33,248 bases of DNA, taken from assembly GCA_035528515.1 (NCBI GenBank), contig DATKYL010000063.1:1-33248 (forward strand), given 5' to 3'. The DNA is from Acidobacteriota bacterium (GTDB lineage Bacteria > Zixibacteria > MSB-5A5 > WJJR01). Below are positions 8,740 to 18,517 of the stretch, piece after piece (position 1 is the stretch's first letter; each line of letters opens with the position of its first letter). The translations under genes and the position numbers were made by a program. The notes beneath the pieces are model-generated. The model searched no databases. It had not been told where the DNA came from and worked only from the letters and a program-made list of their open reading frames with translations.

Positions 8740-10431
8740 TTAGCGTAACGGGATGATCGTCCCCACGCCGGTACGATCGTGGTAGACCATCACATCGATG
8801 CCGGCGTCGGCGAGACGCCGCCGGTCGCCGACGCTGAGACTGTCGCCGGTGGTGATCTGGTCGAGGAGATCGCGGGCGTTGCGGGAAGGATGCGTCAGAT
8901 ATCCGTTCGCGACATTCTTCTCGTGGATCGTCTGGAAGTACATGTAGAGATTGCATATCTGACTGGCGCGGACAATCGGCCCCTCATAAACCGCCGTGAT
9001 TGACCGATCTCGTTTGACTCGCTCATATACTGCCGCTGTCGGCAGGTGCATGACCGATGTCTCGCCGCGCGTGTTCTCCACAAACAGGATCGCGACAAGT
9101 ATCAACGCTCCGGCGGACAGGGCGGGAGTGAGCAGGCGCCGGTGTCGCGTTGTCCTCCGCAAGTGGTCGATCCATACTGCCAGTCCCTGCGCGCAATAGA
9201 CCGCCAGACACAGATGCGCTACCGTCGCAAACCGCATCGGGACACGCGACAGATTGAGAAAGGGCACATATTCGAACAGCCAGCGAAACGGCAGCCACCC
9301 ATCAAGGAGACGGCGGTCGCCGATCTTCAAGGTCGGACCGAGTGACAGAACCAGGAAGATCCCCGCCAGAATCAACCAGAGCGCAGGGACGCGGCGCCGT
9401 CCCAAAACCACAACGATCAGTGCGGCCGCCGGGAGCAGCCAACCCAGGAAGACCTCGCCGCCGAGGAAGGTGCCAAATGATTCGGTGCTCCCCAGCCACC
9501 GCGCGACCAGACTCTTGGCGTGCGCCGGCGTGACAAACCGCTGCACATCGGCCGAATACTCAACCGTATCCTGCCAGGTGACATTCCAGTCGGAGTCGGT
9601 CTGGTGAAGTTCCCACAGTCCCAGCGAACACACGATTGCGGTCAGGGCGATACCGGCGAGGGCGCCGCGCCAGAGACGGCCCCTCTCCGCAGATCGCAGG
9701 ATGATCCGCGACGTCAGGAGCGCATACGCGAGCAGAAACAGGACGACATAGGCCGCCATCGTCATGGACGAGTAGAAGGTGATCCCGAGAAAGCAGACGG
9801 CGGCGAACATCGTCCGGAATCGCGGTCGGGACAGCCAGCGGATCGCGAAATGAATCGCCCACAATCCCCAGCCCAACGAGAGCAGATTGAGATGGTTCAG
9901 GTGCCAGAGCCGAAACGGCGACACCGTGACCACGATACTCGCGACGAAAGCGGCGAACACATTGCCGGTCAGATGCCGCGTCAGAGCGAATGCCCCCAGA
10001 CCGGTGACAACGAATGACGCGAACAGCAGAATGTTGTAGACGATCGGCGCGTTGATCGAGGCACCGTTAACCGCCGACACGAAAATCGCGCACAGACCGG
10101 TAAACGGGCTGAGGTGGTATCCCAGCCCCGTACCGTGAGGGTAGTAGATCGCATCAGTCCAATACGGGTTCTGTCCCAGCTCGAACAGCGCGCGCTTCAG
10201 CCACCAGAACGACCAGATCGTCTGGAACTGATCGCTCGAAAGATCGGCGAGTGCGGTGTGCGTTGTCGCACGGAAGATCAGCGGTTGGGTGAACAACGCC
10301 GCCAGCCCAAGATGAGCGGCGGCGAGAACGGCGTAGGTGCGCAACTCCGCAAGAAGTCGGCGTGACCTATGTGTGTCACCGGGGGAACCGGTGGGCTGCG
10401 GTTCGGTAGGAGCCGGGGCTGGTCCGCTCAT
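8740..10431 (-). CDS. Large polytopic membrane protein, possibly a GT-C-fold / YfhO-like glycosyltransferase
   Basis: The ORF is 563 aa with at least 10 hydrophobic helices. It has a Pro-rich cytoplasmic N-terminus and a soluble C-terminal domain of about 90 aa. The early loop motif NPYWTDAIYYPHGTGLG resembles GT-C/YfhO-type proteins. The function call is tentative. Confidence 0.6.
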   Translation of the reverse strand: MSGPAPAPTEPQPTGSPGDTHRSRRLLAELRTYAVLAAAHLGLAALFTQPLIFRATTHTALADLSSDQFQTIWSFWWLKRALFELGQNPYWTDAIYYPHGTGLGYHLSPFTGLCAIFVSAVNGASINAPIVYNILLFASFVVTGLGAFALTRHLTGNVFAAFVASIVVTVSPFRLWHLNHLNLLSLGWGLWAIHFAIRWLSRPRFRTMFAAVCFLGITFYSSMTMAAYVVLFLLAYALLTSRIILRSAERGRLWRGALAGIALTAIVCSLGLWELHQTDSDWNVTWQDTVEYSADVQRFVTPAHAKSLVARWLGSTESFGTFLGGEVFLGWLLPAAALIVVVLGRRRVPALWLILAGIFLVLSLGPTLKIGDRRLLDGWLPFRWLFEYVPFLNLSRVPMRFATVAHLCLAVYCAQGLAVWIDHLRRTTRHRRLLTPALSAGALILVAILFVENTRGETSVMHLPTAAVYERVKRDRSITAVYEGPIVRASQICNLYMYFQTIHEKNVANGYLTHPSRNARDLLDQITTGDSLSVGDRRRLADAGIDVMVYHDRTGVGTIIPLR

Positions 10432-10442
10432 CGATGCCCGGC

Positions 10443-12011
10443 TTACCCTTCCAAGTGAACCAGCACATCAGGAAGCGCGGTGATAAGATCCGATGCGACC
10501 AGAGATCGTTCGCCGACCTCCGCGGCGGCATAATCCCCCGCCAAGCCGTGAAGGTAGACACCGAGCAACGCGGCGACCAGCGGATCACAACCCTGTGCGA
10601 GGAACGAGACGATGATCCCGGTCAGCACGTCGCCGACGCCACCAGAGGCCATCCCCGCGTTGCCGGTGGGATTGAGGTAGACGTTTCCCTCAAGGTCGGC
10701 GACAAACGTCGGCGCCCCTTTCATCACCGCGACGCAGCCGAACCGCGCCGCCGCTTCACGTGCGAATTCCTCGCGATTATCGACAATGTCGGCGGTCGTC
10801 CGACCCAGCAGACGCGCCATCTCTGCTGCGTGCGGCGTGATGATCAGCGGCGTGTCGTTGCCGTCTTCAAGAACCGCCGGATCCTTGGCGCAGGCATTGA
10901 GACCGTCGGCATCAAGCACGGTAGGCCTGGTTCGGCGCTGCACGAGACGGCGGACGAGTTCCTGCGTTTCGTGATGCATCCCCAGGCCGGGACCGATCGC
11001 CACCGCGTCGACATCCTTCAGGTACCGGGCGATCTCACCCAATCCCCGCCGCGCCAGCGCGCGCCGCTGACGGACTTCGGGGAGGGGACGCACGACGGCT
11101 TCGATTGCGTTGACGTCGACCGCATCGACGACCGATGCCGGAACTCCCGCAAACGTGAGCCCCACTCCGGTATGCATCGCGGCGTTGGCGGCCAGGGCGA
11201 CGGCGCCGCTCATGCCCGCCGATCCACCGATAATCATTGCCTTGCCGAATATCCCCTTGTGCCCGTCGGGAGGACGCTCCGGCAGTGCCGCGCAGATGAA
11301 CTCCTCGGTGACGAGCGCGAGCGCGATCTGCTCCTTATCCACCGCCTCTCGAGGGATGCCGATGTCGATCTCCTCCAGTTTTCCGACCAGACCACGTCCC
11401 GGCCACAGCCACTGGCCGCGTTTGTACGCGGCAAGCGTCATCGTAAAATCGGCGTCGACAACCGTGCCGGCGGCAGCGCCGGTCGTACCGTCAAGGCCGG
11501 AGGGCGAATCGACCGCGACAATGCGCACGCCCGATCCATTCATCGCCTCAATCACGGCCGACGCGAGGCCGCTAATCGGACCGCGGAAACCGGTCCCGAA
11601 GATAGCATCAACGAGAAGATCGTAATGATCGAGATCGGGTGTCGCCGCGTCATCCGCGAGTTCTCTGATCGTCAAGCCCATCTCCTGGGCGCGTTCGGCG
11701 TTAACAAGGGCGTCGCCCTTCAGTTGGGCGAGTGAACCGAGGAGGAGGATCGTGATTTCGGTATGAGCCTCGGCGAGGTGGCGGGCGATGACAAACCCAT
11801 CGCCGCCATTATTCCCGCGTCCGCACACGATCGCGACATGGGCGCCGCTGGTCATCTCGCCCAGGACCTGATCCCGAATGCGCTCGGCGATCCCGCGTCC
11901 GGCGTTCTCCATCAGGGTGAGGCCGGGAATGCCCATGCCCTCGATCGCCCGCCGATCGATTGCTTGCATCTGGGTCGGGGTGACGATGCGAGGGAGTTGG
12001 TATGGTTTCAT
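10443..12011 (-). CDS. nnr: Bifunctional NAD(P)H-hydrate repair enzyme Nnr (epimerase plus ADP-dependent dehydratase, YjeF family)
   Basis: The N-terminal YjeF_N motif CGRGNNGGDGFV is present. The C-terminal carbohydrate-kinase-like domain shows GGSAGMSGA, GPGLG and GGVGDVLTG. Confidence 0.9.
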   Translation of the reverse strand: MKPYQLPRIVTPTQMQAIDRRAIEGMGIPGLTLMENAGRGIAERIRDQVLGEMTSGAHVAIVCGRGNNGGDGFVIARHLAEAHTEITILLLGSLAQLKGDALVNAERAQEMGLTIRELADDAATPDLDHYDLLVDAIFGTGFRGPISGLASAVIEAMNGSGVRIVAVDSPSGLDGTTGAAAGTVVDADFTMTLAAYKRGQWLWPGRGLVGKLEEIDIGIPREAVDKEQIALALVTEEFICAALPERPPDGHKGIFGKAMIIGGSAGMSGAVALAANAAMHTGVGLTFAGVPASVVDAVDVNAIEAVVRPLPEVRQRRALARRGLGEIARYLKDVDAVAIGPGLGMHHETQELVRRLVQRRTRPTVLDADGLNACAKDPAVLEDGNDTPLIITPHAAEMARLLGRTTADIVDNREEFAREAAARFGCVAVMKGAPTFVADLEGNVYLNPTGNAGMASGGVGDVLTGIIVSFLAQGCDPLVAALLGVYLHGLAGDYAAAEVGERSLVASDLITALPDVLVHLEG

Positions 12012-12047
12012 TATGCCGTCTCCTGCCGAACGAGCCGTCGGGACAAC

Positions 12048-12854
12048 TCAAACGGGATTGCCGACCGCCCGCATCCGTTCCACGTACGACGCCGCACGCT
12101 GGGCGGCCGCTTCGGCAAAATCGTCGCCCTGTGAAGCGTACAGGATGTCGCGCGAGACGTTGATGACGGCGGGCGCGTCGCCGGCGGTGCTGATCCCAAC
12201 GACGGTCTCGAGATCACCGCCCTGCGCGCCGATGCCGGGGATCAACAGCGGTGCGGTCGGGGCGGTCAAACGAATTTCTTCGAGGAGAATCTCGTGACGC
12301 GCGCCGACGACGAGACCAAATGGCTTTTCGATACGTTCCAGCAGCGCGATCACGCGGTGATAGATCCGTTCCCCGCCGACCGCTGCCGTCTGGATATCAG
12401 CGGAGCCGGGATTGGAGGTCAGGCACAGGACAAAGGGTATCTTCCCGGGGAAATCAAAGAACGGTTCGAGGGCATCGCGCCCCAGATACGGGTTCACCGT
12501 CGCGGCATCCCCACCAAGATGTTCGAAGAGAAAACGCGCGTAGTGGCGGGCCGTGTTGCCGATATCCCCGCGCTTGGCGTCAAGAATGACGGGAATATCC
12601 GAGGGAACCTCGGCCAGCAGCCTCTCCAACTGTGCGATCCCGTTGGAACCCGACGATTCGAAGAAGGCGAGGTTGGGCTTGAAGGCGCAGGCATACGGTG
12701 CCACCGTGCCGACAATCGCCCGGCAGAACTCATAGAGCGGCTGGGGTGCGGAGGCGATGGCGGGCGGCATCTTCTCGGCGTCCGGATCCAGTCCGACGCA
12801 GAGCATCCCGCCGGTCTTGTGTCTCCGATCGGCCAGCTTGTCCAGGAAACCCAC
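12048..12854 (-). CDS. pyrF: Orotidine 5'-phosphate decarboxylase, type 2
   Basis: It shows LCVGLDPD, FKPN.AFFE and ILDAKRGDIGNTA motifs and is 268 aa, all typical of the long PyrF type. It lies next to pyrD and pyrK. Confidence 0.9.
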   Translation of the reverse strand: MGFLDKLADRRHKTGGMLCVGLDPDAEKMPPAIASAPQPLYEFCRAIVGTVAPYACAFKPNLAFFESSGSNGIAQLERLLAEVPSDIPVILDAKRGDIGNTARHYARFLFEHLGGDAATVNPYLGRDALEPFFDFPGKIPFVLCLTSNPGSADIQTAAVGGERIYHRVIALLERIEKPFGLVVGARHEILLEEIRLTAPTAPLLIPGIGAQGGDLETVVGISTAGDAPAVINVSRDILYASQGDDFAEAAAQRAASYVERMRAVGNPV

Positions 12855-12915
12855 TGTTGCCTCCCGTTTTGCTCCGTTGATTGCCCGGATTCAAGGATGG
12901 TTCTCCGGTGACCGG

Positions 12916-12944
12916 AAGGTAGAGCGATATGGGCACTTTTGCAA
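12916..12944 (-). promoter_or_regulatory. Candidate sigma70-like promoter for pyrF (minus-strand TTGCAA-N17-TACCTT)
   Basis: On the minus strand, TTGCAA lies at 12944-12939 and TACCTT at 12921-12916, separated by a 17-nt spacer. The element sits in the 129-bp pyrD-pyrF gap. The inverted repeat TCCGGT-g-ACCGGA (12904-12916) abuts it on the downstream side. Confidence 0.3.
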
Positions 12945-12983
12945 TTACGTTAGGCCGATTGACAGAGGCCTGCCGCCCAGGGT

Positions 12984-13919
12984 CTACCGCCCGGCGGGGA
13001 GCTCAAGGCGACCGATCAGATCGGCGACCCGCTTGATGCCGCGCGCCTGCATGTAATCGGCCAGTTCCTCGGCGATTCGCACCGCGGCATCGGGCCGGCG
13101 GAAGGTCGCCGTGCCCGCCTGCACTGCGGCGGCGCCGGCGATGAGGAACTCGGCCGCGTCCGTGCCGGTGGTAATGCCCCCGATCCCGATGACCGGGACT
13201 GTAACCGCGCGGGCGATCTTGAAGACACAGGCCAGGGCGACCGGTTTGATCGCCGGGCCGGAGAGGCCGCCGGTGACGTTGGAGAGGCGCGGGCGGAAGG
13301 TGTTGTGATTGATCGCCAGACCGACGAGCGTATTGATTGCGGAGATCGCATCCGCGCCGCCGTCGACCGCCGCGCGGGCCAGCGCTGCGATATCGGACGT
13401 GTTGGGGGTCAGCTTCACGATGATCGGCAGCACCGTCGCATCACGGACCCGGCGCGTGCATGCCGTCACCCAATTGGGGTCCGAGCCGTGATCGATGCCC
13501 TTGGCAACATTCGGGCAGGAGAGATTCAGTTCGAGAAGGTCGATCCCTTTTTCCGATGCGAGACGTTTGGCCGCCTGCACGTAGTCGTCCTGTGTACGAC
13601 CGACGATGTTGACGACCACGCGCGTCGGCATCTTGCGCAGGCGGGGCAGTTCCTCGGCGATGAACGCCTCGATCCCCATATTCTGGAGTCCGACGGCGTT
13701 CAGCAGTCCCCCGGCCGTTTCCACCGTCCGCGGGTAGGGATGCCCCGATCGCGGTTCGAGCGAGACCGATTTGGTCACCATCGCGCCGAGTCCCCGCGGG
13801 TCGCACCACTCGGCGATTTCCTCGCCCATCCCCGCGGTGCCGGAGGCGGTCCAGACCGGAGTCGGAAACGTCACTCCGGCTATCCGGACTTTCAGATCGG
13901 GTTGCAGTTTCTTCTTCAT
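12984..13919 (-). CDS. pyrD: Dihydroorotate dehydrogenase, class 1B catalytic subunit
   Basis: The N-terminus IAGVTFPTPVWTASGTAG, the active-site NLSCPNV and the GGI.TG motif are present. It lies directly downstream of pyrK. Confidence 0.9.
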   Translation of the reverse strand: MKKKLQPDLKVRIAGVTFPTPVWTASGTAGMGEEIAEWCDPRGLGAMVTKSVSLEPRSGHPYPRTVETAGGLLNAVGLQNMGIEAFIAEELPRLRKMPTRVVVNIVGRTQDDYVQAAKRLASEKGIDLLELNLSCPNVAKGIDHGSDPNWVTACTRRVRDATVLPIIVKLTPNTSDIAALARAAVDGGADAISAINTLVGLAINHNTFRPRLSNVTGGLSGPAIKPVALACVFKIARAVTVPVIGIGGITTGTDAAEFLIAGAAAVQAGTATFRRPDAAVRIAEELADYMQARGIKRVADLIGRLELPAGR

Positions 13920-13936
13920 GTGTCACACATGCCGCA

Positions 13937-14752
13937 TCATCGAAACGAAATGGATCCAGCGTCGAAGACCGGTCCGTCGCGGCACACACGGCGGTACGTT
14001 TCGTATCCGCTCGCGTCGCGCGCGGTCACGACGCATCCCATGCAAACGCCGAATCCGCACGGCATTGAGCGTTCCAGGGAGACCTGGCAATCGATTGCGC
14101 GGTCGGTGCAGAAGCGCGCCAGCGCTTCCATCATCGGTTCCGGCCCGCAGCCATAAACGATCATCCTGCGGTGATCGGCGCCGCTCTTCTCGATGAGGCG
14201 CGCCAGCAGATCGACCGCGGTTCCTCGCAATCCCCGGGTACCATCATCGGTGGCCCAGTAGGGCCGGAGGCCGAGCTTCGACAGTCCCATTGGGGCCAGT
14301 GCCAGCGCACGTGTCCGGGCACCCAGAATCATGACCGGCTGCGTGAGGCTGTTCCGTGATTGCGTAGCTGAGATTATCTCGCAGGCCCAGAGACGCAACG
14401 GCGCCATCCCCAGGCCACCCCCCACCAGCACCGGGATCTGGCCGCGACGCGGGGGCCGGAAGCGATTCCCGAGAGGTCCCAGGACGTCAACGGTCGTTCC
14501 GTGGGGCAGGCAGGTCAGGCAACGGGTCCCCTCGCCCAGCACTTGGAAGAGGACATCGAATGTCCCCGCGTCCGGGTCGGTCGCATAGACCGAAAACGGG
14601 CGTCGGAAGAGGTGACTCTCGCCGGGGAGCAACTGTACGAACTGCCCTGCCCGCGCCTGACCTGCGATCAGGCGGTCGGCGTACCGCTGCTGGTAGATAT
14701 CGGGTCCGATGCGACGTGATCGGACGAGTTCAGCGAGGCGCGGCCGCCTCAC
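13937..14752 (-). CDS. pyrK: Dihydroorotate dehydrogenase electron-transfer subunit (FAD and 2Fe-2S)
   Basis: It has the RPFS FAD-binding motif and the C-terminal cysteine cluster CGFGVCMGC...C typical of PyrK. Its GTG start overlaps the stop of the upstream TPR gene by 4 nt. Confidence 0.85.
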   Translation of the reverse strand: MRRPRLAELVRSRRIGPDIYQQRYADRLIAGQARAGQFVQLLPGESHLFRRPFSVYATDPDAGTFDVLFQVLGEGTRCLTCLPHGTTVDVLGPLGNRFRPPRRGQIPVLVGGGLGMAPLRLWACEIISATQSRNSLTQPVMILGARTRALALAPMGLSKLGLRPYWATDDGTRGLRGTAVDLLARLIEKSGADHRRMIVYGCGPEPMMEALARFCTDRAIDCQVSLERSMPCGFGVCMGCVVTARDASGYETYRRVCRDGPVFDAGSISFR

Positions 14753-17478
14753 GGTTTGCCGCTCTGGCTGGGGTCGAAAGGATCGATTCCGTACTTGTCG
14801 AACTCGTCGCGTTCGCGCGCCGGCGGTGTGATCGTCATCTCGAATCGGTATTGGATGTTCAGCGAGTCGGGCGGGATCGAGTCCGCCCAGAACTTTGTCA
14901 GGTCCAGCGTCGCGTTGGCCGCCTCATTGATGTCATACGAAGGCGACGGCTGCAGCACTTCATACGATGAAATCTCGCCGGCGAAGTCAATCAGGATCTT
15001 GTACACGATCACATGTTCCCCAAGGTCGGAACCGATCTCCGACTGCGGGTAGACGAAAAGGCCGACCTGTTTTGGTATGGGGGCCAGCGGCAACCGCGCG
15101 TAGGCTGCCGTTGAGTCGGCGAGTGAGTCGGCCTCGGCAAGCTCCGGCTCGGCTTGTTGCCGCGTCGCCGGCGCCTGCCGCCGCTTCGGACGTTCAATCG
15201 TAGTCTTGAGGCGTTCCTGCGACGCGCCGGCGATATCGGTCTGCGGGTATTCCGCCGCGATCTCCTCATACGCCCATATGACGGAGGAGTCCCCGGGCGG
15301 GAAGTGCCGATCGGTCAGGGCGACCACCGCGTACTCGGCTGTCGGGATCAGGCGTGACTGCGGATAGCGCTCGATGAACTCCTTTAACCGCTCGACGCCC
15401 AGGTACGCATTATCCTCTTTAAGGAAGGCCCGTTCCGCCCGCGCATACGCCCAGGCGGGATGCGCCGTGTCGGCATCGGTCCCCTGCCAACCGAGTAGCC
15501 TGATCGCATCGCCGGCGTAATCCGTGTATGGGTACTCGGCGAGGACGCGCCGCAGATGCTGGTGTGCCGCGGCGGTGTCGTGCTTCTCAAGATAGGTGTC
15601 GGCCGCACCCAGAAGGGCTTGCGCGGCGAATGGGGTTCCTGCGTACTGGTCGGCCAAGTTGTCATACTCGGTGACGGCCGAATCCGTGTAGCCGAGGTCG
15701 AAACGATACAACTCGGCCAACTGAAGTTGCGTTCGTGCCGAGACGGCGATATCGCCGTAGGCCGTGCGGCGTCGGGCGCGTTCCTCCGCGCGTCGTTCCC
15801 GTTCGACGCGGGCGGGAGTGCTCGCTTCCAGTTCAGCCCACGCCTCCAAAGCGGAATCCGACGGGGTCGGCGGTCCCAGCAGTCTGCCGAAGCCGAAAGG
15901 ATAGAGGTATCCGGGAGTGGGCGGCCCCATGAGAGAATCTTGCCCAACCAGGGACCACCACATCGAAGGCGCGAGCAGTCCGTCGCGAATCCGGTTGAAG
16001 TGAATATCGGTCCGGCTAATAAGTGGTCCGAGAGTCGGCGCCAGATCGGACGGTGGTCCGAATTTCTCCGGGGCGAGAGCCGCCGCCTCCGGAAGCGCCT
16101 CCGCCGCCTCCATTTCGACCAGTTCGTCTGTCGGTGGTGTCGGCGGGCCGTGAACCGCGAGGCCGTCGGCACGAACGATCCCGGCGGCGGCGTACTCCAC
16201 CGCGTCAACGAGAGTGTCGGGATTGATGTTCAGTGCGCGGGGGCGGGCGGCGAGCGGTGAGAAGGTGACCGCGCGCTCGATGCCCGGGAGATTATTTGGA
16301 TCGTATGGCGTGCCCGACCCGATTCTCGTCCGTTGCGTCAATTCGCCCCGACCGAGCTCTTTGCGAAACTCGGTGAGCTTGGCGATGTACGCGGAGCGGG
16401 CCAGAGCCAAGTTAGCCAATTCGCCCCGTGAGTCCTCCTGGCGGCACAGGTCGTACAGGTCTTTCGCGGAAACCAGATCCCCTTCGTCGTACTGTCGAAT
16501 TTCAGCCATCCGGAAATAGGCTTCCGCCGACCATTGAGTCAGCTCCAGCGCGGCTGCCACCTGCTCATACTGGCGCCAGGCACCGGCCTTGTCGCCGAGG
16601 TCTTTCAACCCGCGGCCCAGCATCAGGCGGATCGTGCCGATGGAATCGTAGTATTCATCCTGCTCGGCCATCGTCCGGAAAATGGCGATGCCCGAGTCAG
16701 GGTATCCCCCTTCATACCATGACTCCGCTGTGCCCAGAAGCGCCTCATAGGAAACGAGAGGTTCCTCGTCTTCAATCAGGGGTTCGTAAAGTGGGATCGC
16801 TTCGAGGGGACGTTCCATCAACCGGGTCTGCTCTGCCGCCCAGAGTCGGGACTCGAGCGCGCGGTCGGAATTGCCGTATTCGTCGAGAATCAGCGTATAG
16901 GCGGCGAGGGCGGAGTCGTGCGCCCCGGTGGCGGCAAAATACTCGCCCCGCTGGAAGATCGCCTCGGCACGCCACTGTTTCTTACGCGCGGTTTGTGCGA
17001 GTTCGCTGAATGTGCGAAAGGCCGCTTGTTGATCCCCCAGTTCCACCCGACACCGGGCGAGGTAGAGCTGCGATTCCTCCGCAAACTCCGATTCGGGATG
17101 GGTTGCCAGCAGGTCGCGGAATCGTCGTTCAGACTTGGCGAATTCGGTCATCCGGAAGTACGACACGCCGATCATGAAGAGCGCATCGTCATAATACTTG
17201 CTGTCCGGATGCTCGTCGACCACCTTCTGGGCCTTATTGATCGCATCCTCGTACAGGCGCTTGGAGGTTGATACACGTTGCCGTCCCGGGATCGGACGGT
17301 TCTCCCGTTCCGCCTTATTGAAGAGCTGCTTGGCGTTGTAGTAGGTGTTGAAATACACGCAGCCGCCGCCGGCGAGAGCTGCCGTCAGTGCGATTAGACA
17401 TACTGCCACAAGCCCTCGACGGCCGACACGGAATCGACCCGTTCGGGGTGGCGCAGATTGTCTTTCGTCCGGTATCAT
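14749..17478 (-). CDS. TPR-repeat lipoprotein with a Pro-rich linker and a TonB-C-like C-terminal domain
   Basis: Lipobox LAGGGC is followed by YFNTYYNAKQLF. Multiple TPR-like A/Y/L-patterned repeats lie in both halves. The central low-complexity region carries three GPPTP motifs. The last roughly 90 aa (VYPQSE...VIVYKILIDFAGEISSYEVLQPS...NEAA...) resemble the TonB C-terminal fold pattern. Confidence 0.8.
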   Translation of the reverse strand: MIPDERQSAPPRTGRFRVGRRGLVAVCLIALTAALAGGGCVYFNTYYNAKQLFNKAERENRPIPGRQRVSTSKRLYEDAINKAQKVVDEHPDSKYYDDALFMIGVSYFRMTEFAKSERRFRDLLATHPESEFAEESQLYLARCRVELGDQQAAFRTFSELAQTARKKQWRAEAIFQRGEYFAATGAHDSALAAYTLILDEYGNSDRALESRLWAAEQTRLMERPLEAIPLYEPLIEDEEPLVSYEALLGTAESWYEGGYPDSGIAIFRTMAEQDEYYDSIGTIRLMLGRGLKDLGDKAGAWRQYEQVAAALELTQWSAEAYFRMAEIRQYDEGDLVSAKDLYDLCRQEDSRGELANLALARSAYIAKLTEFRKELGRGELTQRTRIGSGTPYDPNNLPGIERAVTFSPLAARPRALNINPDTLVDAVEYAAAGIVRADGLAVHGPPTPPTDELVEMEAAEALPEAAALAPEKFGPPSDLAPTLGPLISRTDIHFNRIRDGLLAPSMWWSLVGQDSLMGPPTPGYLYPFGFGRLLGPPTPSDSALEAWAELEASTPARVERERRAEERARRRTAYGDIAVSARTQLQLAELYRFDLGYTDSAVTEYDNLADQYAGTPFAAQALLGAADTYLEKHDTAAAHQHLRRVLAEYPYTDYAGDAIRLLGWQGTDADTAHPAWAYARAERAFLKEDNAYLGVERLKEFIERYPQSRLIPTAEYAVVALTDRHFPPGDSSVIWAYEEIAAEYPQTDIAGASQERLKTTIERPKRRQAPATRQQAEPELAEADSLADSTAAYARLPLAPIPKQVGLFVYPQSEIGSDLGEHVIVYKILIDFAGEISSYEVLQPSPSYDINEAANATLDLTKFWADSIPPDSLNIQYRFEMTITPPARERDEFDKYGIDPFDPSQSGKP

Positions 17479-17482
17479 CCGG

Positions 17483-18457
17483 TTACGGCCCTTGGCGGAA
17501 TCCCTGTGTCAGGCCGGCCGCCGTGAGCGCGGCCAGTGCCTGTTCATATTCTTCGGCGGTCAGGCGCCGTCCCAGAAGGGGGTGATCGCCGACCTGGTGC
17601 GCCGGGAAATACTGGCTCATCAGGCTGACGTGCGTTTCGGGCGAGATCTCTTCGGCCAGAAAGCGAAAGACCTGCTCCGATCCCGAAAGTCCCCCGGGGA
17701 GAACGAGATGTCGAACCAGAAGCCCGCGCGTCGCGACCCCCTCGTCATCGATCTGTAAGGTGCCGACCTGGCGGTGCATCTCCTGAATGGCAGCGCGGTT
17801 GACCGTGGGGTAATCATCCGCTTTAGAGTATTGCTTGCCGGGTTCGGCCTCGCCGTAGCGCATGTCGGCCAGATAGACATCGACCAGTCCCTCAAGGAGC
17901 TTCAACGTTTCGACGCGCTCATAGCCGGATGTGTTCCAGACAATGGGAATGGAGAGCCCCTGGTGGCGCGCCTCGAGGATGGCCTCGATCAATGCGGGGG
18001 TGTAATGCGTCGGTGTCACGAAGTTGATGTTGTGCGCCCCCGATCGTTCCAGCTTCAGCATTATAGTCACGAGGTCCGGCACTGTCACGACATCCCCGAC
18101 ACCCATCTGCGAGATCGGGTAGTTCTGGCAATAGACGCAACGGAGAGAACATCCCGAGAGGAAGACCGTGCCCGAACCGCCGGTTCCGGAGATGGGCGGC
18201 TCCTCTCCGTGGTGCAGGTTCCAACTGGCCACTCTCAGGTCTCCGCCTGAGCGGCAGGTGCCCGATTCTCCGGCCAGACGGGCCGCGGCGCACATCCGCG
18301 GGCAGACGACGCACTGCAGGAGCATCTCCCGGGCACGCTTGAGGCGCTTGCGGGCGCCGGGGGAATCGGGATCGAGGCGTTGAAACCCGTCACCGGGGAT
18401 ACCACCCCGCACCCGGACGATCTTCGGGAGCGCTCTTTTCCTGCCCAGTCCCATCAT
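17483..18457 (-). CDS. Radical SAM protein, PflX / pyruvate formate-lyase-activase-like family
   Basis: It has the CSLRCVYCQN cluster (Cx3Cx2C) and an additional N-terminal Cys-rich segment (CVVCPRMC...C). It is 324 aa. Confidence 0.85.
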   Translation of the reverse strand: MMGLGRKRALPKIVRVRGGIPGDGFQRLDPDSPGARKRLKRAREMLLQCVVCPRMCAAARLAGESGTCRSGGDLRVASWNLHHGEEPPISGTGGSGTVFLSGCSLRCVYCQNYPISQMGVGDVVTVPDLVTIMLKLERSGAHNINFVTPTHYTPALIEAILEARHQGLSIPIVWNTSGYERVETLKLLEGLVDVYLADMRYGEAEPGKQYSKADDYPTVNRAAIQEMHRQVGTLQIDDEGVATRGLLVRHLVLPGGLSGSEQVFRFLAEEISPETHVSLMSQYFPAHQVGDHPLLGRRLTAEEYEQALAALTAAGLTQGFRQGP

Positions 18458-18517
18458 GCCGATTGCTCGTCACCCTTGCTCTGCCGCGGGCGGGTCGGCT
18501 CCACGGCACTGCTGTCC

